Assembly (NCBI GenBank): GCA_003518055.1
Contig: DOZJ01000004.1
Coordinates: forward strand, 6,073-70,072
From: Candidatus Falkowbacteria bacterium
Lineage (GTDB): Bacteria > Patescibacteriota > Patescibacteriia > UBA11705
Direction: 5' to 3'
Length of the DNA: 64,000 nt
The position numbers and the translations under genes were made by a program. Positions within the stretch are counted from its first letter, which is position 1, and each line of letters begins with the position of its first letter. Under the pieces are notes generated by a model. It saw nothing but the letters and a program-made list of their open reading frames with translations. It ran no database searches and was not told where the DNA came from. This document shows, in pieces, positions 9,598 through 19,183 of this stretch.

Positions 9598-9626
9598 TTG
9601 CCAAAATTTATTTTTTCCTGTATGAT
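9598..9626 (+). promoter_or_regulatory. sigma70 promoter of tRNA-fMet
   Basis: TTGCCA-17 nt-TATGAT. Confidence 0.65.
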
Positions 9627-9713
9627 ATGAGCGATGTTCTAAAACCTTAAAATTAGCCAAATTCATCTGTCTTATTTCCGATTTAAAATTTCGAATTTAG
9701 AATTTACTATTAT

Positions 9714-9788
9714 CGCGGGGTAGAGCAGTGGCAGCTCGCCAGGCCCATAACCTGGAGGTCGGGGGTTCGAATCCCCCCTCCGCAACCA
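9714..9788 (+). tRNA. Initiator tRNA-fMet (CAT)
   Basis: CGCGGGG start with C1:A72 mismatch; CCAGG-CCCATAA-CCTGG; encoded CCA. Confidence 0.93.
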
Positions 9789-9844
9789 ACCTACGCTCCT
9801 CACTATGTTCTGAGCTTCGGTTGGTAAACCAAAAATAATATAGT

Positions 9845-10138
9845 ATGTGGTTTGTTTACTTTTTATTACTCACAAATAATGAAATATATGTTGGTTCTTC
9901 AAATAATGTTGCCCGACGCCTCATAGAACACAACAACAAATTAGTCGTGTCAACCGCTAAATTTTTACCTGCAAAACTATTATCTTATATTTGTGTCCCG
10001 ACAAAGAGTAAAGCCATTCAATTAGAAAAATATTTTAAATCTGGATCGGGAAAATCTATATTAAAAAAACGCATTATTGATGTCAACTTCTTTGTAAAGG
10101 ATGGCTTGCCATCCGAAGCTTACGCAGTAAAAGCGTAG
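9845..10138 (+). CDS. Small GIY-YIG nuclease family protein
   Basis: FVY...YVGSSNNVARRLIEHN, AIQLEKYFKSGSG. Confidence 0.85.
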   Translation: MWFVYFLLLTNNEIYVGSSNNVARRLIEHNNKLVVSTAKFLPAKLLSYICVPTKSKAIQLEKYFKSGSGKSILKKRIIDVNFFVKDGLPSEAYAVKA

Positions 10139-10141
10139 GAT

Positions 10142-10218
10142 GGCAGGGTAGCTCAGCTGGTCAGAGCGAGGGAATCATAACCCCTAGGTCGGCGGTTCGA
10201 TCCCGCCCCCTGTCACCA
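10142..10218 (+). tRNA. tRNA-Met (CAT), probably elongator (Ile2 not excluded)
   Basis: GGCAGGG/CCCTGTC acceptor, CAT anticodon, GTTCGATC, encoded CCA. Confidence 0.88.
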
Positions 10219-10235
10219 TTGCTTATTTTTACTAC

Positions 10236-11216
10236 ATGCAACATATACTTTGGGATTACAAAATCCTATCAATCTTGGCTCTCAGTCTATTAACAATATA
10301 TCTCATTGCCGGCCATCTCAAACGCCGCTGGAGATATGATTCACGGCGTCAAAAAATCCTCATTATTTCTCTTGGGGCTTTTTTTGTTTTGATTTTCGGT
10401 TTTATATTTTACGGCAGTTTTATTGAACCGCAATGGATTCAAACAAAAACCATACCCATCAACCTAAATAACACGGAAAAAAATGAATCACTCAAAATTG
10501 TTCATCTCACTGATCTCCACGCCGGCCCCTACAAAGGCCCGGGGTATTACAAACGTGTAGCCAAAAAAATTCTCGCTATAAACCCCGATTTAATTGTCAT
10601 TACGGGAGATTCTGTTCTTGGCTCGGCTAAAAACATTGAATATCTGACTCCGCTCAAAGAAGCCACCGCCATATATCCCACATACGCAATTTCCGGTAAT
10701 CATGAATATAACCTCAGTATCCCCGAAGACTTTTTTGCCGGCCGTTTTACCGACAAAACTGAAACCATCAAACAATTATTCGCTTCAATTAATATCAGCT
10801 ACATCGACAACCAAACAAAACTGATTCAAACCAAACAAGGACAGCTCTATCTCTCAGGCATCAGAGAAATTTGGTACGAACCCGACACGGTGGATTCGGA
10901 ATTAACTCGTATGGGCGGCTCTATCAACCATGACCTGCCGCACTTGCTCTTGGCCCACAATCCTGAAGTCATCATGAAACCGTCTGCCGCCAAATTTGAT
11001 TTGATTCTTTCCGGCCACACTCATGGCGGCCAAATCCGATTGCCGCTAATTGGCTCCCTCGCATCCATGCCGACAAAGTTGGGCCGATATTATGATATGG
11101 GCTTCTTCCAATTGGAAAAAAATCAGCTCTACATATCCAAAGGATTAGGAGAATCCGGACCACGGGCGCGACTATTTTGCCGCCCCGAGCTGACCGTCCT
11201 TGAAGTCAACTTGTAA
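10236..11216 (+). CDS. Membrane-anchored calcineurin-like metallophosphoesterase (YkuE-like)
   Basis: DLH, TGD, GNHE, HNP, SGHTHGGQ. Confidence 0.9.
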   Translation: MQHILWDYKILSILALSLLTIYLIAGHLKRRWRYDSRRQKILIISLGAFFVLIFGFIFYGSFIEPQWIQTKTIPINLNNTEKNESLKIVHLTDLHAGPYKGPGYYKRVAKKILAINPDLIVITGDSVLGSAKNIEYLTPLKEATAIYPTYAISGNHEYNLSIPEDFFAGRFTDKTETIKQLFASINISYIDNQTKLIQTKQGQLYLSGIREIWYEPDTVDSELTRMGGSINHDLPHLLLAHNPEVIMKPSAAKFDLILSGHTHGGQIRLPLIGSLASMPTKLGRYYDMGFFQLEKNQLYISKGLGESGPRARLFCRPELTVLEVNL

Positions 11217-11286
11217 GTAACTTCCCGATAGTAATACCCATTAATTTCAACCAATTTCAATTTATTTCTTTATTTCTTTTTTTCCT

Positions 11287-11751
11287 ATGCTCATGACCCT
11301 TCACGGCGCTGTCGGCGCTTATGTCGGCGAAAGAATGGATAGCCTCACCCTGGCTTTCATTTTCAGTTTTATCATCCATTTTCTATTCGACATCATTCCT
11401 CACGGCGATCATGAAAATGTCATCATGTTTAAAACCGAAAAAAAAATCAACCGAGTGATCGGTTTGATTGCTATTGATGCGGTCATGGGTCTGATATTTT
11501 TAGCCCTCTATTTCAGTCAAATAAAGACAACTGGCCCCCATCTTTACCCCATCATCGCCGGCATTATCGGCGGCGTCCTGCCGGATCTGCTCGTTGGCCT
11601 CTATCATATGAACAAAAAATATTTATTCCGGTTTAATTTCGTTCATATGCGGCTTCATGAACTGATAAAATTTCGCGTCCCATTAAAATTCGCTCTTCTG
11701 GTCCAAATTATTTTTATCTTGTTCATTTGGCAGTTTTATCATTTTGAGTAA
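11287..11751 (+). CDS. Membrane protein with HxxxD(xxPH) putative metal site
   Basis: Hydrophobic; HFLFDIIPHGD, LPD; overlaps the 3' end of the convergent glycosyltransferase gene by 69 bp. Confidence 0.7.
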   Translation: MLMTLHGAVGAYVGERMDSLTLAFIFSFIIHFLFDIIPHGDHENVIMFKTEKKINRVIGLIAIDAVMGLIFLALYFSQIKTTGPHLYPIIAGIIGGVLPDLLVGLYHMNKKYLFRFNFVHMRLHELIKFRVPLKFALLVQIIFILFIWQFYHFE

Positions 11752-12861
11752 TCCGACGGCCGTATTCACCCATTTGAATCTTTCAGCCGCGACTTTCCCT
11801 TTTGTTACCAATTCGGTTATCAGTGCTTCACTCGCGAGCACTTTTTTTATTGCCGAATACCAGTCGATATCATCGTGAGGCGGTATCAATAACGCGGCGC
11901 CGTCATTCACCAATTCTTCCGTCACCGGAATCTTTGAAGCGATCACCGGCACACCCTGCTTCATTGCTTCAAGGATTGGCAGACCAAAACCTTCGTTTAA
12001 CGATGGAAAAACAAAACATTTGGCCTGTTGCATCAATATGTTTCGCTCCGTGTCCGTAACCTTGCCGATATACCGAATCGCTTGCTCACCTATTTGCTGA
12101 TTTACTTTAATCATTGTTCGGAAAATTTTTCGATATTTCCACCCTTTAATGCCAGCCACCACCAACTCAACTTGACCGGGAAATTCTTGGGCATATTTAC
12201 CAAAAACGTGAAACAAATGCCGTAAATTCTTTCTCGGCTCGATCGTACCCACGAAAAAAATATAATCTTTCTTAATTTTAAATTTATCTTTGACCTCTTT
12301 GATTTCTTTTTCTCCATACGTGACTCTATCTTCAACCCCGGAATAAACCGTTATCACATCCTTTTCTCTTTTGAATTTAAACAAATAAAGCAGCTCTGTT
12401 TTAGTCGCGTTGGAAATGGTCATAATATTGGTTGCCTTGGCGATACTCGACGGCACCACCAGCAATTTTGAAAACCACTGCTTGTTCGGAAACCATTCCG
12501 GATAATTATAAATCAATAAATCATGAATAATGAGCGTACTTTTGCCCACATAAAAAAACGGCATAACATTGGCGGGGAAAATACACCAATCGAGCCATTC
12601 ACCCCAGAGATTAAACGTAAAACCAACGTGAGCCGAAAAAAACGGCACTCGATTTTTCACTTTTACCACTTTAAATCCACGATGAGTTCGCAACGCGTTC
12701 AACGTTTCCTCGCCAATCTGTTCATCAAAAAACAACACGTATTCGCTGTTTCTATCCTGAGCCAGAATCGCTTTAACCAAATTAAAAACATACCGCGGAA
12801 TTCCAGCTCCGCGATTATTTTTCACATCATAAATTTGTCGGCAATCAATTCCGATTTTCAT
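11683..12861 (-). CDS. Glycosyltransferase family 4
   Basis: IGIDCR, IHDL, GTIEPRKN, EGFGLPILEAM. Confidence 0.92.
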   Translation of the reverse strand: MKIGIDCRQIYDVKNNRGAGIPRYVFNLVKAILAQDRNSEYVLFFDEQIGEETLNALRTHRGFKVVKVKNRVPFFSAHVGFTFNLWGEWLDWCIFPANVMPFFYVGKSTLIIHDLLIYNYPEWFPNKQWFSKLLVVPSSIAKATNIMTISNATKTELLYLFKFKREKDVITVYSGVEDRVTYGEKEIKEVKDKFKIKKDYIFFVGTIEPRKNLRHLFHVFGKYAQEFPGQVELVVAGIKGWKYRKIFRTMIKVNQQIGEQAIRYIGKVTDTERNILMQQAKCFVFPSLNEGFGLPILEAMKQGVPVIASKIPVTEELVNDGAALLIPPHDDIDWYSAIKKVLASEALITELVTKGKVAAERFKWVNTAVGLLKMIKLPNEQDKNNLDQKSEF

Positions 12862-12880
12862 AATACAAAATTTATCTTTT

Positions 12881-13393
12881 TCAATCTGCGTTCAAACCAA
12901 AAACCGCCAGCCCTCCGATACTAACGAGCGTGACGATAATCCCCGCGATAATTGTCCCTAGAGACACCAGCCAAAACGCCTTTTTCTTTTCAACCCCAAA
13001 CAAATACGCCGCCGCTGCCCCGGTCCAGACACCAGTTAGAGGCAATGGTATGGCCACAAATATCACGAGAGCGATCTCTCCGTAGGTTAAGTACTTTCCT
13101 TCAAATTTTTTTCTGGTTCGCTCAAATAACCAGCTAAAAAATTTATCCGCCCACCTGAATCTAGGCCGCAAAAATTTGGTGGCCAAATCAAGCGAATAAA
13201 CTAAAACAAAGGTTATAAATACACTCCCAAGAATCGACCAAAAAAACGCTGACCAAGCGGACATTTTGAATAACCCCATCGCTACCGGTATTGAAGCGCG
13301 AACTTCGGTCAATGGAATAATCGCCAATAAAAAAGTCGCCAATTCATGCGGCAAATTTTTCACCCAGTCTACAACAAACATAATTATTTCCAC
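12881..13393 (-). CDS. Small multi-drug export-like membrane protein (COG2426)
   Basis: PLTEVRASIP, FVAIPLPLTGVWTG. Confidence 0.85.
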   Translation of the reverse strand: MEIIMFVVDWVKNLPHELATFLLAIIPLTEVRASIPVAMGLFKMSAWSAFFWSILGSVFITFVLVYSLDLATKFLRPRFRWADKFFSWLFERTRKKFEGKYLTYGEIALVIFVAIPLPLTGVWTGAAAAYLFGVEKKKAFWLVSLGTIIAGIIVTLVSIGGLAVFGLNAD

Positions 13394-14295
13394 AAATAAT
13401 TTTTAAACACCCAATCAGCCAATACTTTTGTATCTTGAAATCTATCAGTAATCGTATCACTATTCAAGGCCACGAACATCACCGATTTGTCTTCATATTT
13501 TATCTCAACAGCCAGACAATAACCGGCTTCAGGCAAAAATCCGGTTTTACCGCCGATCAATTCATATCCAAATTGTTCGCTGTTCAAAAAACTTTCAAGC
13601 AAAATATCCGTATTAACGATTCTTCTTTTTTTCTCGTTATTCAATATATCAAACGAATATTCAGACTGCAACACCGATTCTCTGATTTCATTATGCTGCA
13701 AAGCAGCGTAAACCATTTTGGCCACATCGGTGGCCGTCGACACATTGGCCGGATCAAGTCCGGTCGGATCAGCGAATTTCGTATTATACAGTTTCAATTG
13801 CTTGGCTTTATCATTCATCATTATTACGAAATCAGTCTCAGAAACCCCTAAACTTCTAACCATTGCCAGGATCGCGTTGTTATCCGAACTGATCAACGCC
13901 GCTTTCCACAAATGGAAAAAGGTCACTTCTTCTCCACGATACAAATGAGGATATGCCCCGCTGGTCTCATCTCCGGCCGTCATCACGACTGTTTTATTCC
14001 AATTCGGCCGCAAATCCAAGATCACCATAGCGGTCATCAATTTGGTAATGCTGGCAATCGGCTGCTTTAGCTGGGCTTGATTTTCAATCAACACCAAACC
14101 GGTATCCACATCAATCGCGACATATTTCTCCGCCGTAATCTCGACGCCGATATTTTGTTCATTGACTCGGATTGGGATGTCATCAGAGTATTGAATCTCA
14201 GGCGTCAAAAAAACCCGCTGCTCGTTTTCCACCGTATAAACCCCCGCTTGAGTACTGATTAAAATCAAACTTAATATGATTCTTAAAACTGGCAT
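13384..14295 (-). CDS. dacA: D-alanyl-D-alanine carboxypeptidase (peptidase S11)
   Basis: ASITK (SxxK), SDN, GGKTG; start uncertain (ORF to 14337). Confidence 0.88.
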   Translation of the reverse strand: MPVLRIILSLILISTQAGVYTVENEQRVFLTPEIQYSDDIPIRVNEQNIGVEITAEKYVAIDVDTGLVLIENQAQLKQPIASITKLMTAMVILDLRPNWNKTVVMTAGDETSGAYPHLYRGEEVTFFHLWKAALISSDNNAILAMVRSLGVSETDFVIMMNDKAKQLKLYNTKFADPTGLDPANVSTATDVAKMVYAALQHNEIRESVLQSEYSFDILNNEKKRRIVNTDILLESFLNSEQFGYELIGGKTGFLPEAGYCLAVEIKYEDKSVMFVALNSDTITDRFQDTKVLADWVFKNYLWK

Positions 14296-14311
14296 AATGC
14301 GTAAACTTAAT

Positions 14312-14869
14312 CTACACCCCCGGCTCGTCTTTTGCACTCAAAAACTGCTCGAGATTCTCCACCTGATGCAGCTTATCAAAATCCGGTAACTCTTTAACTG
14401 ACTTTAGCCCCAGATATTTCAACAATTCCGGCGTCACCACATAAACCAATCCATTTTCACGTTCTGATTCCTCAATCAATCCTCGAATCAGCAAATTCCT
14501 CAGAATCAAACTGCAATTCACGCCCCGAATTTGCTCCAGCACCGGCTTGGTTATTGGCCCGCGATAAGCGATAATCGTTAATGTTTCAAGCGATGGCTGA
14601 GTCAACTCGCCGGTTCTCTCATCTTGAACCAATATTTTAACCAAATCGGCATTCGCCGCCGCTGTGACCAGTTGATATTGCCCGTTGCTTTCAATTAGAT
14701 TAATGCCGCTGTCTTCAACATTAAACTTTGCCTGCAAACCGGCCATCGCTTCTTCCACTAAATGTTTCTCCACCTTTATCCCTTGTTTATCAAAAAACTT
14801 CACCAGCCATCCGACCGTTATTGGTTTAACCGAGGCAAATAACAGACTCTCGATCTGAGATTTAAGCAT
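14312..14869 (-). CDS. scpB: SMC-Scp complex subunit ScpB
   Basis: IESLLF, LETLTIIAYRGPITK, IRGVN. Confidence 0.95.
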   Translation of the reverse strand: MLKSQIESLLFASVKPITVGWLVKFFDKQGIKVEKHLVEEAMAGLQAKFNVEDSGINLIESNGQYQLVTAAANADLVKILVQDERTGELTQPSLETLTIIAYRGPITKPVLEQIRGVNCSLILRNLLIRGLIEESERENGLVYVVTPELLKYLGLKSVKELPDFDKLHQVENLEQFLSAKDEPGV

Positions 14870-15148
14870 AAAAAAAATTATTTCCGTACTGGCAGTATAC
14901 TACAAATCCCCACAATTCTCAAGCCATACCATAACATATAGGTAGCTGCCTTTGTAAAAAGCATCCCGAAATAGCCTGGCAATGTTAAACTCGATTTGTA
15001 AAATCCAAGATCAATTAATTTTATAGCTTTCGTAGTATTTGCGGTATTCGTAGTATTTGCCTGCCTGCCGGAGCTCGTTCAACAAGAGCATAGGCAGGTA
15101 ACCATTCGTAAATTCGTAACATTAAAAAAGACCTGATTATTATCAGAT

Positions 15149-16063
15149 CTAAATTGACTCAACCACCTCAGCCGCCACCGCACCCTGCTCCTCTGTCAAG
15201 GTCATGAAACTATCCGGATGCGTCTGATTGAACGCTTTGACGCTCTGACAGAATTTGGGCTCAAAACTCTCATGTCGAATCCGATGAATCAAATCGCTGA
15301 AGGCCGGAGACTTCTTGACCTCAGTCGACTTGATGCTTCGACCCAGATCATAATCAGACACAATGCGCGCGCCATGCTTCAAGCCATGACGGCCATCGCT
15401 GTAATATTGACTGAAAGCCACCACCCGAGAGCCCAAAAAAACCGCTTCTTCCAAATCATGGGTCACAAAGAAAATAGTCATCCCCGTCTCTTCCCAGACT
15501 TCCAAAATAAACATCTGCAGATCTTCACGCGTATACGGATCAAGCGCACCATAGGGTTCGTCCATCATCAAGATTTCCGGCTTCATAATCAATGCCTGAG
15601 CAATTGCGACCCGCTGCTGCTGACCGCCGGACAATTGATGCGGTTTTTTCTTCGCGTCATCTTCAAGACCAACCTTCTTCAAATAATACATGGCTTCATC
15701 TCGACTCGTCTCCATGCTTCCAAGTAATTCTAGGCATGTTGCTGTAAAAAGCTTACCGATCATTACATTTTCCATTGCTGTCAGATGAGGAAACAAACTG
15801 TAGCGCTGAAACACGATCCCTCGCGTCACGTCCGGATGGTAAATTTCCCGTCCATCGATCAGCATTGTACCGCTGGTGTGCCGCTCCTGCCCCAAAATCA
15901 ACCTGAGCATCGTCGACTTGCCGCAGCCGGATGGTCCGACCACCGTCACAAATTCCCCGCGGGACACCTTGAAGTCAATATCATCTAGAACCACGTTAGC
16001 GCCATACGCCTTCACCATGTCGAGACAATAAATCACATGATTCTCTTCTCTGGCGGCGCTCAT
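15149..16063 (-). CDS. ABC transporter ATP-binding protein (TauB/SsuB/NitT type)
   Basis: GPSGCGKST, LSGGQQQR, MDEP, VTHDLEEA. Confidence 0.93.
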   Translation of the reverse strand: MSAAREENHVIYCLDMVKAYGANVVLDDIDFKVSRGEFVTVVGPSGCGKSTMLRLILGQERHTSGTMLIDGREIYHPDVTRGIVFQRYSLFPHLTAMENVMIGKLFTATCLELLGSMETSRDEAMYYLKKVGLEDDAKKKPHQLSGGQQQRVAIAQALIMKPEILMMDEPYGALDPYTREDLQMFILEVWEETGMTIFFVTHDLEEAVFLGSRVVAFSQYYSDGRHGLKHGARIVSDYDLGRSIKSTEVKKSPAFSDLIHRIRHESFEPKFCQSVKAFNQTHPDSFMTLTEEQGAVAAEVVESI

Positions 16064-16072
16064 ATTTCCCTC

Positions 16073-16963
16073 CTATCCGTTTTTGATATCGACATACCAG
16101 CGGTATTTCCAATCGAGAATTTTCTTTAGAATAAAATTCATCAAAAACCCGATAGACGTAATCCAAAAAACAATGGGAATAATCAGGCTCATGTTCAAAT
16201 ACCGCCGCGACAAGAAAATGCGGTAAGCCAAACCATTCTTTGAAGCAATAGCTTCAGCCGCAATTAGAAACAACCACGCCGGACTCAGATACACTCTAAT
16301 CATCTCGATGAAACGAGGCATCACCTGAGGAAAAATAATGCGATAAACAATCGCCCACGAACTGGCGCCAAGCGTCAGCGCTTTAACAATCTGCTCCCGA
16401 GGAATGTTCTCAACCGCGATCTTGAGATCTCGAGTCATCAAAAAGGTGATCCCGAGCACAATCAAAGAAATTTTTCCCAACTCTTCCACTCCAAGCCCGA
16501 TAAAAATAATCGGCAAAATGGCCAACGGTGGAATAATGGACACGAAGGTCACAAATGGCATCCAAGTCGATCTAACCCAGGGGTAAATTCCCATCGACAA
16601 ACCCCAAATCAAAGACAGCACCGACGCAATCGAGACACCGATCAGCAACCGCTTCAAACTGGCCAACGTGTCATCCACAAACAAATTCTTGTCTGTCCTC
16701 TTGTCAGTTTCCACCACATAAATCTTGACCTGCTCATACATCTGCGAAATCGTCGGCAGAATCTTGTCTCTTGGATTTTCCTCGTGCCGCTTATTCGAAA
16801 AGTGAATATATGTCCCGAGAAGCAACACAAATGGAACGATCGCCAACAAAACCTTCGCCACTCGACTGGGACAATAGTGCAAACTAAAAAAAGTTTTTAC
16901 TGTGTTCCAAATCCGGCTCAAAACATTCACTCCCACGCTCCAAATCCATTTCAACATCTGCAT
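16073..16963 (-). CDS. ABC transporter permease (TauC/SsuC type)
   Basis: IPPLAILP, KALTLGAS, AWLFLIAAEA; SD AAGGAGG before ATG 16963 (ORF to 17020). Confidence 0.9.
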   Translation of the reverse strand: MQMLKWIWSVGVNVLSRIWNTVKTFFSLHYCPSRVAKVLLAIVPFVLLLGTYIHFSNKRHEENPRDKILPTISQMYEQVKIYVVETDKRTDKNLFVDDTLASLKRLLIGVSIASVLSLIWGLSMGIYPWVRSTWMPFVTFVSIIPPLAILPIIFIGLGVEELGKISLIVLGITFLMTRDLKIAVENIPREQIVKALTLGASSWAIVYRIIFPQVMPRFIEMIRVYLSPAWLFLIAAEAIASKNGLAYRIFLSRRYLNMSLIIPIVFWITSIGFLMNFILKKILDWKYRWYVDIKNG

Positions 16964-17020
16964 TTGGGCCTCCTTTTGGGGCATTTGCTGGTTTACGTTT
17001 TTGTTATCAAAGAACCGCAT

Positions 17021-17049
17021 ATTTTACACAAAACAATCTCATTTGTCAA
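17021..17049 (-). promoter_or_regulatory. Internal sigma70 promoter for the permease and ATPase genes
   Basis: TTGACA-17 nt-TAAAAT with TG. Confidence 0.7.
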
Positions 17050-17167
17050 GTCGTCTCTCATTTTAGCCAAAATCCCCAACAACCGAGACAAGCTTGTTTG
17101 TAATTCCTTTTTTCTTCACGTCCCCAAACCTTACTCCGTAATATTCGTATTTTTTGTAAATTCGTAA

Positions 17168-17198
17168 TAAAAAAACTCTAGTCTGTTAACTAGAGTCT
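17168..17198 (-). terminator. Intrinsic terminator after the binding-protein gene
   Basis: ACTCTAGT..ACTAGAGT then T run on the minus strand. Confidence 0.7.
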
Positions 17199-17202
17199 AA
17201 TA

Positions 17203-18258
17203 CTAAAGCTTGCCGTCAGCGGCCATCTGCATATACTTGGTCGTGAAGCGCAGCTTCACGTTCCTCTTGTCTCCCATCACCGAACCATCCGGCAGCTCAA
17301 TCCCGACTTCATCCTTCGACTTCGCAGTCGGGCCGAACATTCCCTTATCGAAACAGAACGTCCGAACAAACTCCATGGTCTTGGCCAACGTCGCACTGGC
17401 CGTGAATTCAACCGCCGCCTTCGGTGTGTAGTACATGTACGTCGTCTTCAGCTGAGCCTCAAACTCCGCCAGCGTACCACCGGCCGTCTTGGCCATGAAA
17501 GTCAGAGCTTCCTTGGTAGGAGCGCCCTTACCCGACATCACCGCCATGGTCTCATACCAGGCTCCGGTCAGCGCCTTCTTGAGCTCTTCCGGCGCATCGG
17601 TCCTGACCACCAAGAGATCCAGAATCTCTCCGGGGATCTGTGCGCTTGTGAAAAGAACCTTCGCTCCGCGCTCCTGCCGAATCTTCATCACGATCGGGTT
17701 CCAAGTTACGACCGTTGTCTGCGGCGTTCGATTCGCGACGAACAAACCGGCAATTTCACTGTCACTCGTATTCACAAACGCTCCGAGATCAGCCTCGCTC
17801 ATACCGTTCATGGCGAGTGCCCGAGCTACCAGATAGTGACTGACACTGAGCTCAACACCGAAAATATCTCGGCCGCGCAGATCAGCCACGCTCGTCCCAC
17901 TGTAACTCACAATGGCATCATTGCCATCACTGTAATCACCGACGATCACCACCGTCGAGTCCTTGCCTCCTGATGCCGGAACCGTCAGCGCGTCCATGTT
18001 GGTCATGACACATGCATCATAATTTCCGGCCGTATACAGATTGATTGACTCCATGTAATCCATGGGAGGTGACAGCTCAATCGTAATGCCATACTTGTCG
18101 CCCCACTTCTTCAGCGTTCCCGCCTGTTCGGTCTGAGCCCACGGCTCCCAGCCCGTATAATGCGACCACGCCACCTTGTATGTCGTCTTCGCCATCACCG
18201 AACCAGCAAAAATCGTCGCCAGAATCATAGCCGTCAGAGTCAGCAGCATCTTTCTCAT
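17203..18258 (-). CDS. ABC substrate-binding protein ('urea carboxylase-region'/NMT1-like family)
   Basis: Signal peptide; WSHYTGWEPW, DYMESIN, TNMDAL, GDYSDGND, LSVSHYL, VTWNP, IPGEILD. Confidence 0.85.
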   Translation of the reverse strand: MRKMLLTLTAMILATIFAGSVMAKTTYKVAWSHYTGWEPWAQTEQAGTLKKWGDKYGITIELSPPMDYMESINLYTAGNYDACVMTNMDALTVPASGGKDSTVVIVGDYSDGNDAIVSYSGTSVADLRGRDIFGVELSVSHYLVARALAMNGMSEADLGAFVNTSDSEIAGLFVANRTPQTTVVTWNPIVMKIRQERGAKVLFTSAQIPGEILDLLVVRTDAPEELKKALTGAWYETMAVMSGKGAPTKEALTFMAKTAGGTLAEFEAQLKTTYMYYTPKAAVEFTASATLAKTMEFVRTFCFDKGMFGPTAKSKDEVGIELPDGSVMGDKRNVKLRFTTKYMQMAADGKL

Positions 18259-18296
18259 GGGCGGTTTCTCCTGTGGTTGTTGGTTGCCCGTTGAGA

Positions 18297-19169
18297 TTAG
18301 CGGTACTTCTCGGCCCGAGCCGCTATGGCTTGCAGGCCGGCGACTACTTCATCCATCGTCGAACCATTGGCGTATTTTTCACCTGTCTTCATTCTTCCAA
18401 TATCTACAGTCCGCATTTCCAGCTGAGTAATAATCTCTTCATTTGCGACCAGCAAATCTTTGATCTGGTCCAGATTATCAATTTTCAACTGCAGCCGATC
18501 GGACAAAGTTTTTACTTCTTTTTCTACTCTCGCGGATGGCGTTTGATTTCTTTGAAGCTGTTCAATCCGAGCTCTGAGAAACCTCTCATCGACCGATCGA
18601 ATCGCTTTGAGTGTCGTCACCACCGCGTTCAAATTATCCAGCACAGTAAAAGCCGCGTTTTCCGCTGCGGCAAAAAACCGCCCGAATGTCAGTTCCCCTG
18701 TCTGCAGCTTCTCCATCAAAAGATCGATTAAATCATTTACGGTCCGGGACACTTGGTCAAACTGCTGAATGCCGCGCTCGACATACTCATTGGCGCCGGC
18801 GATCTCGATGCAGTCTTCCAAATTTTCCCGAATCTGCTGCTTTTTCCACTCATTATATTCTTCTGCTCTCTTGCGAAGCTCCTGCAAATGTTTATAGGTT
18901 AATGCTTCGCCTCGAAAGAAATAATTCACGATCCAGCTGCCCAACCCAACACCGGAGCCGCCAATCGCGGCGTAGATGAAAATCGGCAACGGGCCGAGAA
19001 TCAAACATCCCAACGCTCCAATAATGCCCAAAGCCAATGGGTAGGTGGTCACCGGACTGGTAACCGTCTTTTTCAGCACCTCCGTGCTGATCGCCTTTTC
19101 AGTGTAATCACCAGCCTCAGGCTTGGCTCGCGCTGGAGGCAGTCTTTTGGGTTCCTTTCGCCACCCCAT
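18297..19169 (-). CDS. Hypothetical 2-TM coiled-coil protein
   Basis: TM hairpin followed by long helical/coiled-coil region; SD AAGGAGG. Confidence 0.75.
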   Translation of the reverse strand: MGWRKEPKRLPPARAKPEAGDYTEKAISTEVLKKTVTSPVTTYPLALGIIGALGCLILGPLPIFIYAAIGGSGVGLGSWIVNYFFRGEALTYKHLQELRKRAEEYNEWKKQQIRENLEDCIEIAGANEYVERGIQQFDQVSRTVNDLIDLLMEKLQTGELTFGRFFAAAENAAFTVLDNLNAVVTTLKAIRSVDERFLRARIEQLQRNQTPSARVEKEVKTLSDRLQLKIDNLDQIKDLLVANEEIITQLEMRTVDIGRMKTGEKYANGSTMDEVVAGLQAIAARAEKYR

Positions 19170-19183
19170 TTTCCCTCCTTGCG

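Noticed and set aside
12200-12216. parS site (ACGTGAAACA)
   Set aside because: Only a half-site, inside a coding region.
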